Positions 40,532 through 52,908 of a DNA stretch of 64,000 nucleotides are shown piece by piece. The notes under the pieces are model-generated. The model worked only from the letters and a program-made list of their open reading frames with translations, had not been told where the DNA came from and searched no databases. Every line of letters begins with the position of its first letter. The first letter of the stretch is position 1. Origin of the DNA: Lophium mytilinum (taxonomy: Eukaryota); assembly GCA_010093605.1 (NCBI GenBank), contig MU004200.1, positions 1 through 64,000 of the forward strand. Direction: 5' to 3'. Position numbers and translations under genes: made by a program.

Positions 40532-41260
40532 ATACACACAGGAAAACCACAGGGGCCATTGAGACGTGGCATGTGGCATAGATGAGAGAGATTTATACGG
40601 CTACGATTTACACAGCACGTAATTCATCGTCAACAACATCGAGTGATCAATCAATCGCATGGGTATTGGATCTGGTGGGCATTCTGAGACTCAGAGCGAG
40701 CATATAGACCTGATTAACGACAAGACGTGTACGAGATTCTTACAAGGAAGGCTACCTGCTTGTATTGAGTGATAAATGTTTTGTGAAAGGGCGGTTATTT
40801 GTACCTAACCAATCTTGGGGGCCGCTACATCAAGCCAGGAAGAGATGCAGAGTGGGCCTTCATCCGCGAGAGTCTCCATCGCCTGAAACAACTCGTTCAA
40901 GTATCCAGCATGGCTTCAACAGCTCTCCGCATAACAACAACAATTACTAGCCTCAGACACAAGCAGCCTCGTCTTCAAAGCATTCACATAAAGAAGACAA
41001 CTCGGAATCAGACAAAGGCAAGGAAAAACCAGAGTTCTAAGCGTCACTGTCCATATCCAGCCCTTACAAAAGATACTCCTCTATTCCAGCAGCTCTTAAA
41101 TACTGTTAAGTTGCCCCACCTCAAAAGAATGTAAGAAAGCAACCAGATAACCCAAATACCAAAGCCAGACCACTCACACCCAAAATCCGCCTCCTTCCGA
41201 CTTCTAACAACCCTTTGTACATTCCTCCAGACCAAATCTATACACCATCATCCACGACCT

Positions 41261-41650
41261 TTAACAGTATACTTTGGTATCAAACTGTCTTGTCGAGCAG
41301 TGCTGGCAATGCCCGTTCTTGCCAGTACAAATACCGCAGTCCCAGCTGCCGGTATCAACGTGCTGGTCCCACTGGAAAGACGCGCTCCCATATCCGTACC
41401 AAGAATGAGCCAAATTCTGAGTGAAAGCCCAGACGTAGCCGGGATTGCAATGTATGGTGTAATGACCATCTTGATCGATAGTGCCGATATCTCCCTGACA
41501 CACTACGCCTCCATTGTCAGTGAGTGTGGCGTAGCGGCCGCAGTCGCCGACGTCGATGGGGCAGTCGTCGATGTAGCCGTAGGCATGAACACAGGCGAGA
41601 GCCTTGCCAACTGATGCGGCGAGGGCGATGAGTTTGATCAGAGAAACCAT
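41261..41650 (-). CDS. Small secreted cysteine-rich protein (129 aa, 10 Cys), effector-like
   Basis: Signal-peptide-like MVSLIKLIALAASVGKALA; intronless; ends in Cys. Confidence 0.8.
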   Translation of the reverse strand: MVSLIKLIALAASVGKALACVHAYGYIDDCPIDVGDCGRYATLTDNGGVVCQGDIGTIDQDGHYTIHCNPGYVWAFTQNLAHSWYGYGSASFQWDQHVDTGSWDCGICTGKNGHCQHCSTRQFDTKVYC

Positions 41651-42779
41651 GGCTAAGGTATTTGAGGTTCTTGATGCGGGTGCTGAGAGTGATGAGGGTG
41701 ATGTGGGAGATGTGGGTGTAATGGATCGATACAAAGATGTATTGGGGGATGCAGAAGGTGATGGAGAAGATCTGCTATCGAGTTTGTCTCTGATTTTTTC
41801 AAGTGAAAGGCATTCAGGATAGTATTAATACTTCTTTTCAACGCTGACATGGAGTTGCACGTGATCTTGGTTGCAAGGATGATAAGGAGAAGCTGCCGTT
41901 AATGGAATGTGTGCCTGGATCCTGTAGAAAACCGCTTACGAAGGAGCTCGTTTTTCTTGAGTCCTACCCGACCACCGAGATTAGGCGAGGGCCTAGGACT
42001 CAAGAAAAACGAGCTCCTTCGTACAATCGTGCTCTTTTCATTAGACTAGGAACCGAAAGGATGTTCCAATGTCGCTTGCGCGCATAATGCTAGCCACTGG
42101 CCTTGAGGAGGCGCCAACACTCTCTCGTGTGAGTGGCTGAAAGATACAAAAATACGAGGCAGCTGCGCGCAGCCATTTCCTCATTTAAGCAGGTCGGAAA
42201 TGATTTCGTCTTGATTATACTACCGGCACAGTGAGCGAAGTCCGTGATATCGGGGGGAGCCGAAAGGAAAAACCCTAGAACCATTAACCGATGGTCGATT
42301 CCATCAAGAAAAGTTGCAAAATCAATGAAGACGGCCTCGCTCTAGAAGTCTAGCCACTCTTCATGAAGTTTCAGCTCGTTGTTGTGGTGTTCTGAGGGAT
42401 AGAAGAATTTCAACGGCGACACGACAGGCTTCGCCTACTGTGCCGGGGTGTAAGTTAGTTTTGGGTTACGTGAGCGGCACCTCCACGCGACCATTTTCTC
42501 CTTTAAGCGTCGCTACATAAGTCTTCTGACTTGGATAGGGGCCGAATAGAGGGCTAAAATAATTTTGTCTTGATTAAACCACCGGGGTGTAAGTTGGTTT
42601 CGGGTTACATGTGCGGCACCTCTAGTACATTTCCTTGCCTAGATAGTTTTCTAACGGGCTTCCTTGACAGTACGCAATTGGGTGCTGTCCCCGTTGCCAC
42701 TTACGAACAATTCCGCAGCATCGATCCGGCATGCAATGAAGTCAGTTACTATATGCTCATAGTCTAGGGCTATGTATTC

Positions 42780-44460
42780 GATACGGCCGTCAAGCGATGC
42801 CCACGACCAAGAAGGAGCCCTTTAGATTTGCGGTCTTCTGACCTCGTAGGCGCGTGTTTTCGACTGTCCAACTCGCCGATGAAGGTCTTCCAGGATATGA
42901 TTCCGCCACAGTCCCGCAAAGTACTCATCACTAGTCGCTTGTACTAGCGATCTCGCAGTACCAGATAATGCTGGGGCTGGTAGCTTGTCTTCCGGTTTTG
43001 TGAATTTTCTCGTAGAATATGTCTCTACCAAGCCCAGCCGCCCTCCGCTCCGTCGATCAAATTTGTCGGGTGCAAAATAGCAGTCAAAATCTTGGCGTAG
43101 GTCTCTGCCACACCGACATAATTCTAAAGAATACCAACTATAAGAATAATTAATGAAATTAACCCTAAGAGCTAGTAAGTTGTATATCTAGGCTACTAGA
43201 GTATATTACTAAGGATTTAGCTTTTTAATATTATTTTTAAGTATATAATTCTAGTTATAGTAAGAAGAGGTGCATGCCGCCCGCTGGAAGTACTACTGAG
43301 AAAGCGCCGCCCGCAAAATATAATATTTTAAGTCCACCTTTACTATTTAATAACTTCTCTACCCTCTTATATTTTAAGCCTAAGCTCTAGACGTAGGGTA
43401 AAGAGTATATAGACTAGCTCCTGGAGAGATTTAAAGGTAATAGCCCTATTTTCACTTAACTTCATCTTTTAGAAATCGGGTGGTGTGGCAGAGAAATGTG
43501 CCAAGGATTGACTGCTATTTTGCACCCGACAAATGGTGCCCACTCTCCATGAATGACAGGTTCCTCATCCCTTAAAGATATCGATGGTGCGGACTCGATG
43601 CCATGTTTTGCTAGGGGTAGTTTCTGTCCTTCTACGATTGCGTTAAAGTCGAGCAGGTAGCTCAAAAACACAGAACCGTCTTCACCAGTGAATGCTTCCC
43701 GACATTCCCAATACATGTGATTGGAGCCACAGTGGGGTATCCGAGTTGAGAGCAGACGCTCTTGCAGCGTCCATCCCCATTTGTTCAGAGGCTCGTGCTC
43801 TAAAGGGTCCCATCGGTATCCGAATGTGCCAATCTTGCGAGATCTTGGTTTTGTCCTCCTGGACGACGGAAGTTGCTCCTGGTAAATGATAACTTCTGAT
43901 GCCTTGTCAGCTGCCGTGGCCGGTACAATCGCGCAGTGGCTCCTGGCTAGCACGCCACCATATTGTTCTAGGCGGCTATTAAGAACTGGAGAGGCATAAG
44001 GATAGACTGAAAACCCGAGACTTTGTGCCTCCGCCGAGTCATGTGGGTCTTCTAACCGCTGCGACCATCTCTTAAAGCATCCCCCAGAGCCATCGGAAGA
44101 GTGAGACGCAGCGATAGTCAAGAACGAGCGAGCGTAAATGTCGCCCATTCGCGAAGATTCTTGCTCCCAATCCAAAGCATCGTGTTGAATAATACATAGT
44201 GAGTCAATCCATCGACATCGGACGCTTAGATTTCTGCAGATAGTAATGGCATCCTGGTATGTTTGTGGCAGCATGTGAACAGATATCCCTTCGTTGGTGT
44301 GAACAGAAAGCGTCCTCCGCGTAGTTTTGACCAGTACCGCCGAGCCCCCCAGCAGTGACTTAGCGCAAAATATATTCCATCGCGGCCTCTTGAATCTATT
44401 AACTTTATAGTTTAAGGGTCTAGGCCAACATCTAAAACTCGGGATGGATGTAGGTTCATT
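42780..44460 (-). pseudogene. HET-domain (heterokaryon incompatibility-type) pseudogene
   Basis: YFALSHCWG (~44350-44375, out of frame), LPQTYQDAI..WIDSLCIIQ..DWEQES..MGDIY, GWTLQERLLS, YFAGLW, APSWSWASLDG; frameshift or stops and an AT-rich insert at ~43110-43460. Confidence 0.88.
43110..43460. mobile_element. AT-rich RIP'd insertion splitting the HET gene
   Basis: Composition shift between the two HET halves; boundaries approximate. Confidence 0.6.
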
Positions 44461-44538
44461 AAGTACAAGCAGCGTTAAAGTAAATATACTTTATAATAAA
44501 CCTATAGTTACTCTTAATATACTTCTTTAGAGAGTATC

Positions 44539-44770
44539 TATAAGGTTTATAATAGCATTAGCATTATATCCTTACGTATCATAGGCTTAAAAGCCTTCAA
44601 ACAGCATAAAACCGTGAGCGTTTGAACGTAATATAATAAATATTAGATAATATTATAAGAACGTTAGAGAAATGTTTTATAATGCATTAAATGCTGTATA
44701 TATACTATATTACTATTAATATAGAATAGAACTTAAGTAATATAATTACTATCTATCTATCTATCTACCA

Positions 44771-44831
<61 letters not shown>

Positions 44832-44879
44832 CCTATCTATCTATCTATCTATTCTCCCATTAACTCTATACCTTTAATA
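44539..44879 (+). repeat. Solo Copia LTR with (CTAT)n expansion, TSD GTATC
   Basis: gtatc at 44534-44538 and 44880-44884. Confidence 0.9.
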
Positions 44880-45023
44880 GTATCTACTATACTCTTAAAT
44901 TTTAGTTTAAATTTTAGTTTTTTATCTTTCTAAGTAACTATATAAATAGTATTCTATTTTAGATATTTAATATTTTATACTTTACTTTTTTACTTTTAGA
45001 ACCTAATAATATATATTAATATA

Positions 45024-45280
45024 TGTAAGGATTACAATAGCATAAGCGTTATATCCTTACGCATAATAGGCTCAAAAGCCTTTAAACGGGACAAAACTGT
45101 GAGCGTTTGAACGTGATATAACGAACGTTGGATAACGTTATAGGAACGTTAGAGAAACGTTTTATAATGCATTAAATGCTGTATATATACTCTGTTGCTG
45201 TTAATGTAGAATAAAACTTAAGTAATACAATTCCTATCTATCTATCTATCTATTCTCTCATTGACTCTATACCTTTAACA
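45024..45280 (+). repeat. Solo Copia LTR, least mutated copy (TG...CA, 257 bp)
   Basis: Close match to 11034-11290; no clear TSD. Confidence 0.92.
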
Positions 45281-45833
45281 CTATCTAGGGCTTTTATATT
45301 TTTATATTCTACTAAGTATAAATACCTTTGTCTAGTATATATAATCCTCAGGCTTATTGTGAGACTCCTGGCGCTCCACAGTTCCTACACCGATTTCTGT
45401 GGACCATAATGGATTTAAGGCGAAATCCAGCCACTATACTCTAGTCTCTTTACTCTTATCTATGCATCTGTATTCCGCTCTACGGGTGGCAGATACGGTC
45501 TTCAACAATTTGCGACGGCCAAGACTTGCCCCTTTCAGAAGACAGAGGGGAGCTAATCGTGAAACTGTGTCCCGCTAGCGCTACGGATAGTAAATACAGT
45601 CTTCAACACTTTCGCGGTGCAGGGAGGGCTAAGACTTGCCGTTCCAAGATGAGAACCTTTTCCTCTATTACTTAATATCAATTTATAAAAGCGCCTATAA
45701 CTAGGGGTATCTATAAACCTACCCTATTATTTACAACCCCCAACATACAAATCTTTCGACCTGTAAGCTTCCTTGGTAAACGCCGCCATTTCCGATCCTC
45801 TATTACCAAAATTCCTAGCCGTTCATTGCTTGC

Positions 45834-48800
45834 TTACCGCCACGGCCCCATCCCAGCCAAACCGCCCCCGAAGCCACCTAACGCTAGACCTTGGTCTAAG
45901 AACGTGTTGGCCCATTCGTCCCCGCTGAACAAGTCGTCTAGATTCATAGTACTGCCCTCAAAGTGCCCATTGCCGTTCATATCGAGGCCGTTATGCCCCG
46001 GGCCTTGCGCATGGTCCTGGCTTTGGGAATGTAGAGCCATCTGAGGATTGTTTTGCGCACCTTGCATGAGATACATTGGCATTGGGCCGAAGAGTTGTAC
46101 GTCACTATCCGTGCCTTGTCCGTTCGCAGGCGATTTGATCGACCCGATAGTGCCTGCTGACAAAGACGAAGGGTCACCGAAGACAGCAGGTTGGCTACTA
46201 GAGCTACCAGGCCGGAAGCCCGAGAAATTGTGCATTGACGGTGAAGAGTTGGCGTCCTTGGGATTGAATCGAAAGTTGGTGTTCTCGAAGGTGGTCATTG
46301 GCTGGTTGGGATACGCGAAGGGATCCGTTGAGGGGAACATCATAGCCGACATGTCTGCAAGAGGCAGGCTTGGGTCAGGAAAGTTACTTGTTACGGGTGT
46401 TGCTGGGAATGAGGAAATGACCTGCTGCTGCGGCGTATGTTGTGATTGCGATTGCGCGTTGAACCCCAGGATACTCGATGCAGGAGTCAGGCTGGGAGCT
46501 GAATCGAAGAAATCGGGGTGAGACTGAGTTGGAGAGGCGTGGTAAGGGGATTCTGCAGAGAGCTGCTGCAATAGCTGGTTCTGAGAAACAGGAAGAGTAG
46601 GTGGAAAAGATGCGCGCTTGGAGCGGCTGCTTTGCGGCTCGGGGAAGGTACTGGCCCGCGGCAATTTAGCATCATTCTCCGACTCTGCGTCTGCTTGGGC
46701 AGTGGCAGGGTGCGGAGATGTGCCCTGTCGGCGCTTTTTGCTTGCAGTCATTTCGCGCCCACGCTTGAGACGCTCTGGAAGTTGATCAAAGATGACCTGA
46801 GGCAAAATGTGAGTGTAAGATACCCACTTACAAAGGAGCAATATGAGGCCTACCTTAAGTGTCGCAGTGCACCTGTCTGCTGCCATGCTGCGTTTTGCCA
46901 GTTGAGCCAGGACTTGTTTACCCTCAAGAGCGTCCCGGAGGATGTCGTTGCTCGTTGGATTTTCGTGATTCTCCAACGCGAAGTAGACTAAGGACAGAAT
47001 TGCGAAGAATGTCGTATACATAGAGAACCAATGGGCACCGATTAAAAGGCCTTGGCGTTTCATCTCTGCAGTAATGTGGACAATATTTCGAGAGACACTG
47101 ACGCAAGCGGACGCACACGCAAAAGCTCTCTGATCAACACCTTTAGATCTGCAACTCTGAGAGACATAGTGTAAAAACGGCCGGTACAGCATCATTTGTG
47201 CGTGAGCAAATGCCATACGTAGTAGCTGTTGTACCCTGCGGGATTTGTCAGTGGCGGAACGAGACTCGATAGGGTTTTCAGTATCACTATTGGCGACATA
47301 CCGAATGATGCCTTGACGGGCTTCACCTCCAGGCTTAAGTCCCGAAGGCAGCTCATCGAGCCAGTTCTGCAGGTCTTTTTCAATTTCCCGAATTTTCGAG
47401 TAACTGACAGTATAAGTCACAGAGTTTCCAGCGCCTGTGGTGTGTGTGCCTTTGATTGGGTATATGTGAAGAACGATTTTGGCCAAGATTTGCACAATTC
47501 TGGTGTGTTGGTTGGAGCCAGCAATGACAGAAATTTGGCCCTCCGGCATTGGCAACAAGCCACTCTCCGTAATGTAATCGTCGTCGAGCTCGGTTGGGTA
47601 TTCTTGGTCGATGTCTTCATCGTTCAGAGTATGAGGTAGACCAAGGATTGCGCCGACATAGGTGTCCATCTTCCTAATGACCCAAAATAACCGCTTACGA
47701 GATTCGGCTTCAATAGGACTAAAGTTGTCATTGAATGCACGATGCAGACCCATGCGCAATGCGGATCTCAAAGCTACGCCGATATACGCGTAACAAGTAG
47801 ACAGCTTGGCGGAAGACTGGAGGAATAGAATCATATACACGACTGCTTGGAGTGATACCAAGTCTCTACAATCCGCGATATCCATTAGTTGTCGAGATGC
47901 TTTAAAGTACTTGAAACTAGCTGATGTCAGTGCTGTACGTCAGATAAAAGATTAACACCCATACCCTGAATCGATTGCATTTTCGTAGCCGATCTCGTCA
48001 AGCTCGCTATGATTCTTGGAAAACAAGGTACCGAGAGCTAACACAGAATACAATAGGGGTAGGAACGTGTTCTCTAGGTTTCCATAGTTCTCAGGTGGAG
48101 TCTCGTAGACGCGGTCCATGGACGAATAGAAAGTTGGTAGATGAATGATCTTCAGAAGGGCACTGGCGTCGGTAAGAGCGTTGTCGCACAAGACACGAGC
48201 TTCATGTTTCGGCGGCAGATCGCAACCACCGAGCGCTATACTCGAATTTTGGGGTGAGTCATGGGTGGAGTCGTAGGTAGACTTGGGAGAATCGAAGACT
48301 TGGGACATGGGTCGCGATTTGATGAAAGGGCTGCCCTGCGCCGGCATGACGTCGCCAAATTGCTCACGCATCTTCTTGATGAAGCTCAAGCCGGACGAGT
48401 GACCATGGTAATCCCAATTCCCCTCCTCGTCCAGATCTAGCTGGCCGGTCGCGCGCACCATGGATACTAGGTGTGAGTCGTCGGCCGCTTCTCCAACATC
48501 CACAGGGCCGGCAAACTGTCTGGCAGTGGGTTCAGCGGTCCGTGGAGGCGCACTCGCAACGGGCAGTTGGGGGAGTACACCGTTCTGCAAGTGTGCATCG
48601 ATCGCGGGGTCGTTAAGGTCCAAGTTGGGTACCATGATATTCAACAGTGCCTTTGCGCGTTTCAGTTGATTTTCCAGGGCCTCGATGTACTGCGGCGCAG
48701 CATTGCGACGTCGATTTGAGGGCTGATCATAGGTGCAATCGTAGGAGTAAACCTTGCAGTGAAGACATGGCTGCGTTCCTAAGTCAATTAGCAAAAAGGC

Positions 48801-49160
48801 CATGTAGCGCGAATGCAAACACAAAGCGCAAATGAAATTGAAGTCTTTAATGTCTATATATACAAACAAAACGAAAGTCCTTCATGAGACGAATGGTCAA
48901 AGACTACTGACCGTCACATTTTATTTTCTAAAAGAGCGTTAGATTGATTAGAAGATTGGGTTCTCTGCTTTACGCACTTTGCGCCGGCACTCGTCGCATG
49001 CTCTTGTTATACGTCTTCGTTTCTGTATGTTGCTTGGAGGGGTACCGTGCGAGCTTTTGTTACTTTCTTCTGGGCCATGGTCTTCGGCGGCGTCAGGCGA
49101 CGTGCTCTCGGGCGACGGGCCCTCTGGAGAGGGGTTCTGTGGGAAAGGAGGAGGGGCCAT
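45834..49160 (-). CDS. Zn(II)2Cys6 transcription factor with fungal-specific TF domain (Asg1-like)
   Basis: Spliced zinc cluster ACDECRRK|KIKCDG|TQPCLHCKVYSYDC; middle-homology region RMGLHR..ESRKRLFW..D. Confidence 0.92.
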
Positions 49161-50467
49161 CAGCGTCGAGACATTGAGGAAGAAGTCAAAGTGTGAAAGC
49201 GCTTGGGTGACGATGACAAGAGGAGACCGGGTTAGCCACTTTCTCGGCCCCGTCTAGTGTCGTTATCCCCGACCCGAGCCATCCTTGCTTGGGCATCTGC
49301 GGGCTGCATCCAATCAAAAGAACCAGCGCCCTCGAGAATGCCCAAATGCTATTCCGAATGCCGATGATGTGGTAAAACTCGACAACCCTTTTGGGGGCGA
49401 TCCTAGAAAGGTGTTCGCGGGCATTCTGATGTTACAGTAACTGGTGCATCGAGGGGCAAAAAGGCCCACAGTCTCAACGCCTTATCATTGACAGGAGGCA
49501 GAGGAGGGGTAATTGCAGTCAGCCTTACCGTACGCCGCCATGGTAGGGCTTTAGTGTCGATCGGCCCTTCCAGCGCAACATCGAGTCGCAATCCAGGCTG
49601 CCCAGCGCTGCACCCTCATAGCTAGTCTTAGGAAGAACTCTCTTCTTTGGGTTGAGCGAAGGCGCTGTGCCCCATCGCCGCTAAATTGCGCGAGATCGGC
49701 CGCCCTTGGGTGACATCGCCAGAATAGACGTCCAATTAGATGGCGGCATTCCCCATGGCGGCTCGTGACTAATTACGGTCTTCTCTCCTGAACAAAGCCC
49801 TTGCCGTGACCGGCCTTGCCTTATTTTTGGATTCGAACTAAGTGCCCGTATGTCTGACAAGGATTAAAGGCTTTGGATCTCAGGGTTTTCCAATAGAGAG
49901 TGGTTTGTCAGAGTATCCAGAATTATGTTTGGGCCGCATGAGAACGTCGTGTCATACCTCGCCGATAGCCAAAGATGGGGTGCCAATCGAAGGTGGATCG
50001 GCATGAACGTCAAGATATTTCTGATCGGCTTGGCATCCTACTGGAAGAGACCAAAAGGGCGACGCATTGGGGCTGCCCAGAAAGCGACGAGCGATTACAT
50101 GCAACCGACATTTCCGGGTTTTTGGGTATTGTATGTTCGGCTGCTGCCGTTTGGAATGGCGAATATGCTGAAATATTAACCAGAACAATGCTCTTTCGTC
50201 GCATTGCAACCTTCGGATGTGATCTGAAATCCTATTGACTATGGCAGGAAATCGTACCGTCTTGTGGCGGGGTACTATATTTGATGAAGAGGATTTCGAC
50301 GTGTTGAAAAGTCGTGCAGGCTGGAAGGGTTGAAGTTCCAAAGAGATGGCACGTGACTCGTTAAGCGAAGCTAAGCCTGCGGCCCCGGCTTTTGCGCACA
50401 CTACAACCCAAATCGTGATCCTCACCTTCATCCGTTGCAACCTCATCGACCGAATCGAAGCTTCAAG

Positions 50468-51459
50468 ATGTCGAGCTTCGAGCCAGTTGTAAATACGCCT
50501 CCGTCCTCTCGCTGGAACTCAGAGCTAACTTGCGCCAGGTCGTCATTGATGGCAAGGGACACCTGCTCGGTCGCCTGGCCAGCACCGTCGCCAAGCAGCT
50601 GCTCAACGGCCAGAAGATCGTAGTCGTCCGTTGCGAGGCCCTCAACATCTCCGGAGAGTTCTTCCGTGCGAAGCGTACGTTTTACCCATCCCACGGCTGC
50701 GGAGCAAGACCCCATCGACTCCCTCAAGGCTTCGTCGAAGACGTGTGAATGGTAGACGGCAATATACTAGGATGATCGGCCGGGTCTCGAGAAGCCTTGA
50801 TGGGTTGGGAATGGCCGTGTCTACGTTCCAGGATCACAAGCACGAAATTGGAGCAACAGACTGCTAACGCATGTGGTGTTTAGTCAAGTACCAGGCCTTC
50901 CTGCGCAAGCAGACTCGTTTCAACCCCACTCGAGGAGGTGAGTTTCCTCTCCGGATTCCTGATCTAACCACACGCGGATCTCAAATTAACACGTATCGGC
51001 AGGTCCCTTCCACTTCCGCGCACCGTCCAAGATGTTCTGGCGAACCGTCCGTGGCATGATCCCTCACAAGACTGCTCGCGGAGCCGCCGCAATGGAGCGC
51101 CTAAAGACCTTCGAGGGCATCCCACCTCCATATGATCACAAGAAGCGCATGGTTGTTCCCCAGGCTCTGAGAGTCCTGAGGCTGAAGCCCGGTCGCAAGT
51201 ACTGCACAGTGGGACGCTTGGGCCACGAGTTCGGATGGAAGTACCAGGATGTTGTTGCCAGGTATGTAGCATGCAGGAATACCCCGATACTGGACATGAG
51301 ACTGATTCTCAAAACTACAGGCTGGAAGAGAGGCGAAAAGTCAAGGGTACCGCCTACTATGAGCGCAAGAAGGCGGCGCGGAGGCAGCTGGCGGAGGCGC
51401 AGAAGACGGCGAAGGTGGACGAGAAGGTGGCGTCACAACTTGCCGGTTACGGATACTAG
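50468..51459 (+). CDS. RPL16: 60S ribosomal protein L16 (uL13), 5 exons
   Basis: [38 protein letters not shown]; introns ~50489-50538, 50675-50883, 50938-51002, 51262-51320. Confidence 0.97.
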
Positions 51460-52283
51460 ATCTTGCATCTGCGATATGGTGGCGTAAGGCGAGTTGACGA
51501 ACGACGACATGGCTCAGTGCAGAAGTATCGGCTGCACGATGACTATACACCCTTTACTCAATCTTGTCTTCGGCCCGTGGAAAAGCGATGCGGGTCCCTC
51601 CGGAATGCGGTATCTGTGTCAATGGCTCTCTTCTCAAGGGTCGGATGGTTTCTTTTTGTTGCTCTAAAACTACTAAGTGCAATCAAGAAAAATGAGAGCT
51701 TAACACAAGATGTCTCCAAGCTATGCCGACTGACTGATTTATCACCGGGATGAGAAGACACTGCCACAAAATTTACAGCAGTATATACGATACGGAACCG
51801 AAGTGTCATAAGCCGGCATAATGGTGCATGCTTTTCATCTATCCAAACCAATAGGATCGTTTTGGTGTTTTCCATTATGAATGATGAAGGTACTAATTGA
51901 CACAAATTCCTAGATGAGCACAAAAAGACAGGTGTGATAAACAGACTTTGAAACATCACATCTTAGGGGATCAGCATTCATACGTGCAGAGGTGGCTCGG
52001 CCTGCTACGAGTATCTGTTACACTTGCTATGAAGTAATGTGCCGCATATTGCTGCTTGGAGGTCATAGGTGCCTTTGGCACGTGACCCAATCGAGAAGCG
52101 TTCACTTGCTGAGCACCTTTGCTTTCTTCTATCTAGGTGCTCATCATCAAGCAAACCTCCGTTCGTGACCGCTTTGCAACGTATCGGTTCGAGACCCCCA
52201 CGTCGATGTCGCTTGCTTTGAAAACTGCCATCCACAACTCGCGACTGCTTATGATTAAGTGTGAATGGGAGCGCTTACGGGAG

Positions 52284-52287
<4 letters not shown>

Positions 52288-52324
<37 letters not shown>
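52288..52324. repeat. (TA)n microsatellite
   Basis: Directly visible. Confidence 0.95.
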
Positions 52325-52327
<3 letters not shown>

Positions 52328-52908
52328 ACGAGCAGCACCTCGAGGACACCTTCGTCGATTTGGTAAAATTTTATACGCATCACAATGGACTTGGTACGGA
52401 AATACATAAATGGTCTTGTTTCCTTTAGATTGTTACAAAGCAAGCTGCTCTAAGGGCGGGGCAAGTCCAACTTTCAGAGAGCGACCGAAGATTCATCATT
52501 CTCCAAGAGCGTTCTATCTATAGCTACATCTAACTACCTAAAACTATCTAAGTAGATTCGTAACTTCGTAAAAGGTGGTCCGCCCAACATCTGAGACATA
52601 CGAATGAAAAGAATGAGATGAATCCTGGCCCATGGTATTGGGCTTGCTGAGACGCTGAGACGTCGCCCATGGCTCATTCCCGCCCATGTCCCATCTTCCC
52701 AATCCAATGCGTCACTCATCCAACCTTGTCCATATGACTTCGAAGATGTCCGCCTATATCGACCAAGGGAAAACATAACGCCCTACCAATCGCAACGCCG
52801 CTGAACGCTGTACCGAAATATAGACAAAAGGGGCTAAAAGATAATGTAAATTTCAAACCCGAGGGGGGGACCCAAACTAAAACCAGTGACGAGACCACGT
52901 TCGCCTAT

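Noticed and set aside
40799..41134. 111-aa ORF downstream of the PAS kinase
   Set aside because: Non-ATG start and no recognisable domain
45491..45646. Degenerate direct repeat (tac.gtcttcaaca...aagacttgcc)
   Set aside because: Short, diverged, no functional context
49740..50333. Possible small spliced gene upstream of RPL16
   Set aside because: Fragments look protein-like but no consistent exon chain or family could be supported
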